64,000 nucleotides of DNA from Chiloscyllium plagiosum. Lineage: Eukaryota. How positions within the stretch are numbered: the first letter of the stretch is position 1; the number at the start of each line of letters is the position of its first letter. The stretch is from NCBI RefSeq assembly GCF_004010195.1, contig NC_057720.1, forward strand, positions 27,901,473 to 27,965,472, given 5' to 3'. Below the pieces are notes generated by a model, which worked only from the letters and a program-made list of their open reading frames with translations, had not been told where the DNA came from and did no database searches. Shown one piece after another: positions 62,520-64,000 of the stretch. Position numbers and translations under genes: made by a program.

Positions 62520-63550
62520 ATCTATTTTATTGAGTGCAGAAAAAAGCCCTTTGGCCCATAGTATCTGCACTGATATAACTACCACTAAAAGTGTGCAAAT
62601 CCCTTATCTTTGAATATTATGATATTGAAGTGCTCATCAAGTACTATGTAAGATTTCCAGCCTCCATTACTTCCCCAGGCAGTGCATTCCAGATTCTCAC
62701 CACTGAGTGAAAGTTTTTTTTTCCCAGAATCCCCTTCGAACCTCATGCCCTTTACCTTAAAAGTATGTCCTCTCATGATTTCCCCCTCAACAAGGGGAAC
62801 AGTTGCTCTCTGTTCACCTCATCCATACCTATCATAATCTTTATACTCCTTAATCTTTACCTTGCCCCTCAATATTCTCTGCTCTAAAGAAAAAAACTCC
62901 AAGTCCATTCAGTTTCTCCTTAAAGCTCAATTTCTCCATTCCAGGCAATATTTTGGTATCCCCTCCAGTGCTATCACATGCTTCTGTAGTGAGGTGACTG
63001 GAACCACACACAGTACTCTAGTTGTGGCCTGAGCAACACCCTGTAAAACTTCAACATTACATTCTTGCTCTTATACTCTATGCCACGACTAATGAAAACA
63101 AGTATTCCATATGCCGCCTTAATTATCCTATTCATGTGCTCTGTCGACTTCAAGGATCTGTGAATAATTACCCCAAGATACTTCTTTTCTGCCATTCGTT
63201 AAGTACTCACTCATCTTGTTTCTTCTACCAAAGTGCATCACCTAGCACTTATCAGGGTTAAGTACCATCTGCAACTGTTCTGCCCATCCCATCTACATCT
63301 TCCTGTAACCTATAACTATCTTTTTTGCTATTAACCACTACCAATCTTGGTGTCCCCTGCAAATTCCTCCCACATTTTCATCTACATCATTTATGTATAT
63401 AATAAACAATAAAGGTCCCATTACTGATCCTTGTGGTACACCGCTGGGCACCGACCTTCAGACACTCAAACAGCCTCCTGGCACTACTCTTTGTGTCCTA
63501 TTACTAAATCAGTTTCTGATCCATCTCGCCAAGTTTCCCTCCATTCCATC
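62520..63550 (-). mobile_element. Old CR1-like LINE RT 3' half
   Basis: [38 protein letters not shown]. Confidence 0.8.
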
Positions 63551-64000
63551 TAGTGGATTAATTTTGCTAGGCACAGTGAATGACTTTACAGAGCTGAACT
63601 GTCAGCCACTTCCTACTTCCACCATCCACCAGTACAGTAACCTCGGTTAGGCCTGAATCAACATCAAAAGACTTAACACTGTGTAAGCAGTACAATACCT
63701 GAGCAAGAGAGCAGTGAAGCAGAATCAACTGTGGCAATCCTGTCAGATGACAGACAGGCCTTGCTGCACTGTGTGAAGGTGCTGTGTCTTGAGTGTCATG
63801 CACAATGAAGGTTTTCTTATTTGATGCAGATAATTTTCCATATGTCAGCGTCCTGAGGCATTGTAAAGCCACAGACAGACAATAGAGTGTTTATGAAGTG
63901 TATGTGCTCTCTCATAGCTCAGGAGTCTTTCAACTCCTCCTGATGAGTCATATGCTATACAGTGTGTATATAGGAGACATGCACAGAAATAGTGAGACTC

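Noticed and set aside
63567..63955. 101-aa minus ORF with a CAG|GTATTG donor
   Set aside because: An in-frame stop lies upstream before any plausible acceptor, and other frames are closed.

Overview
Eukaryotic, AT-rich genomic DNA saturated with repeats. It is very likely from a cartilaginous fish (shark); this is inferred from HE1/V-type tRNA-SINEs paired with HER1/CR1-like LINE tails. No intact host gene is recognisable, and there are three assembly gaps. Most ORF-track hits are frameshifted retroelement remnants. These include many CR1/L2-type LINE fragments, an RTE-clade LINE, Penelope-like elements (RT + GIY-YIG) with short hairpin-shaped derivatives carrying minimal hammerhead-ribozyme motifs, two Gmr1-like Ty3/Gypsy elements (PR-IN-RT-RH order, SCAN-like Gag), a Mag-like Gypsy, solo LTRs, SINEs and a TA-flanked MITE. 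The most notable observations are: (1) about six poly(A)-tailed insertions from at least three families stacked at one short motif (ACACTCCTGTT) inside a Gypsy LTR, which suggests site-specific retrotransposons targeting another element's LTR; (2) palindromic Penelope-derived mini-elements with 12-16 bp target-site duplications (TSDs); (3) recurrent locally templated duplications and inversions, including a complex rearrangement centred on one hairpin element; (4) nesting up to four levels deep. Family names come from recognising motifs by eye; no database search was run.
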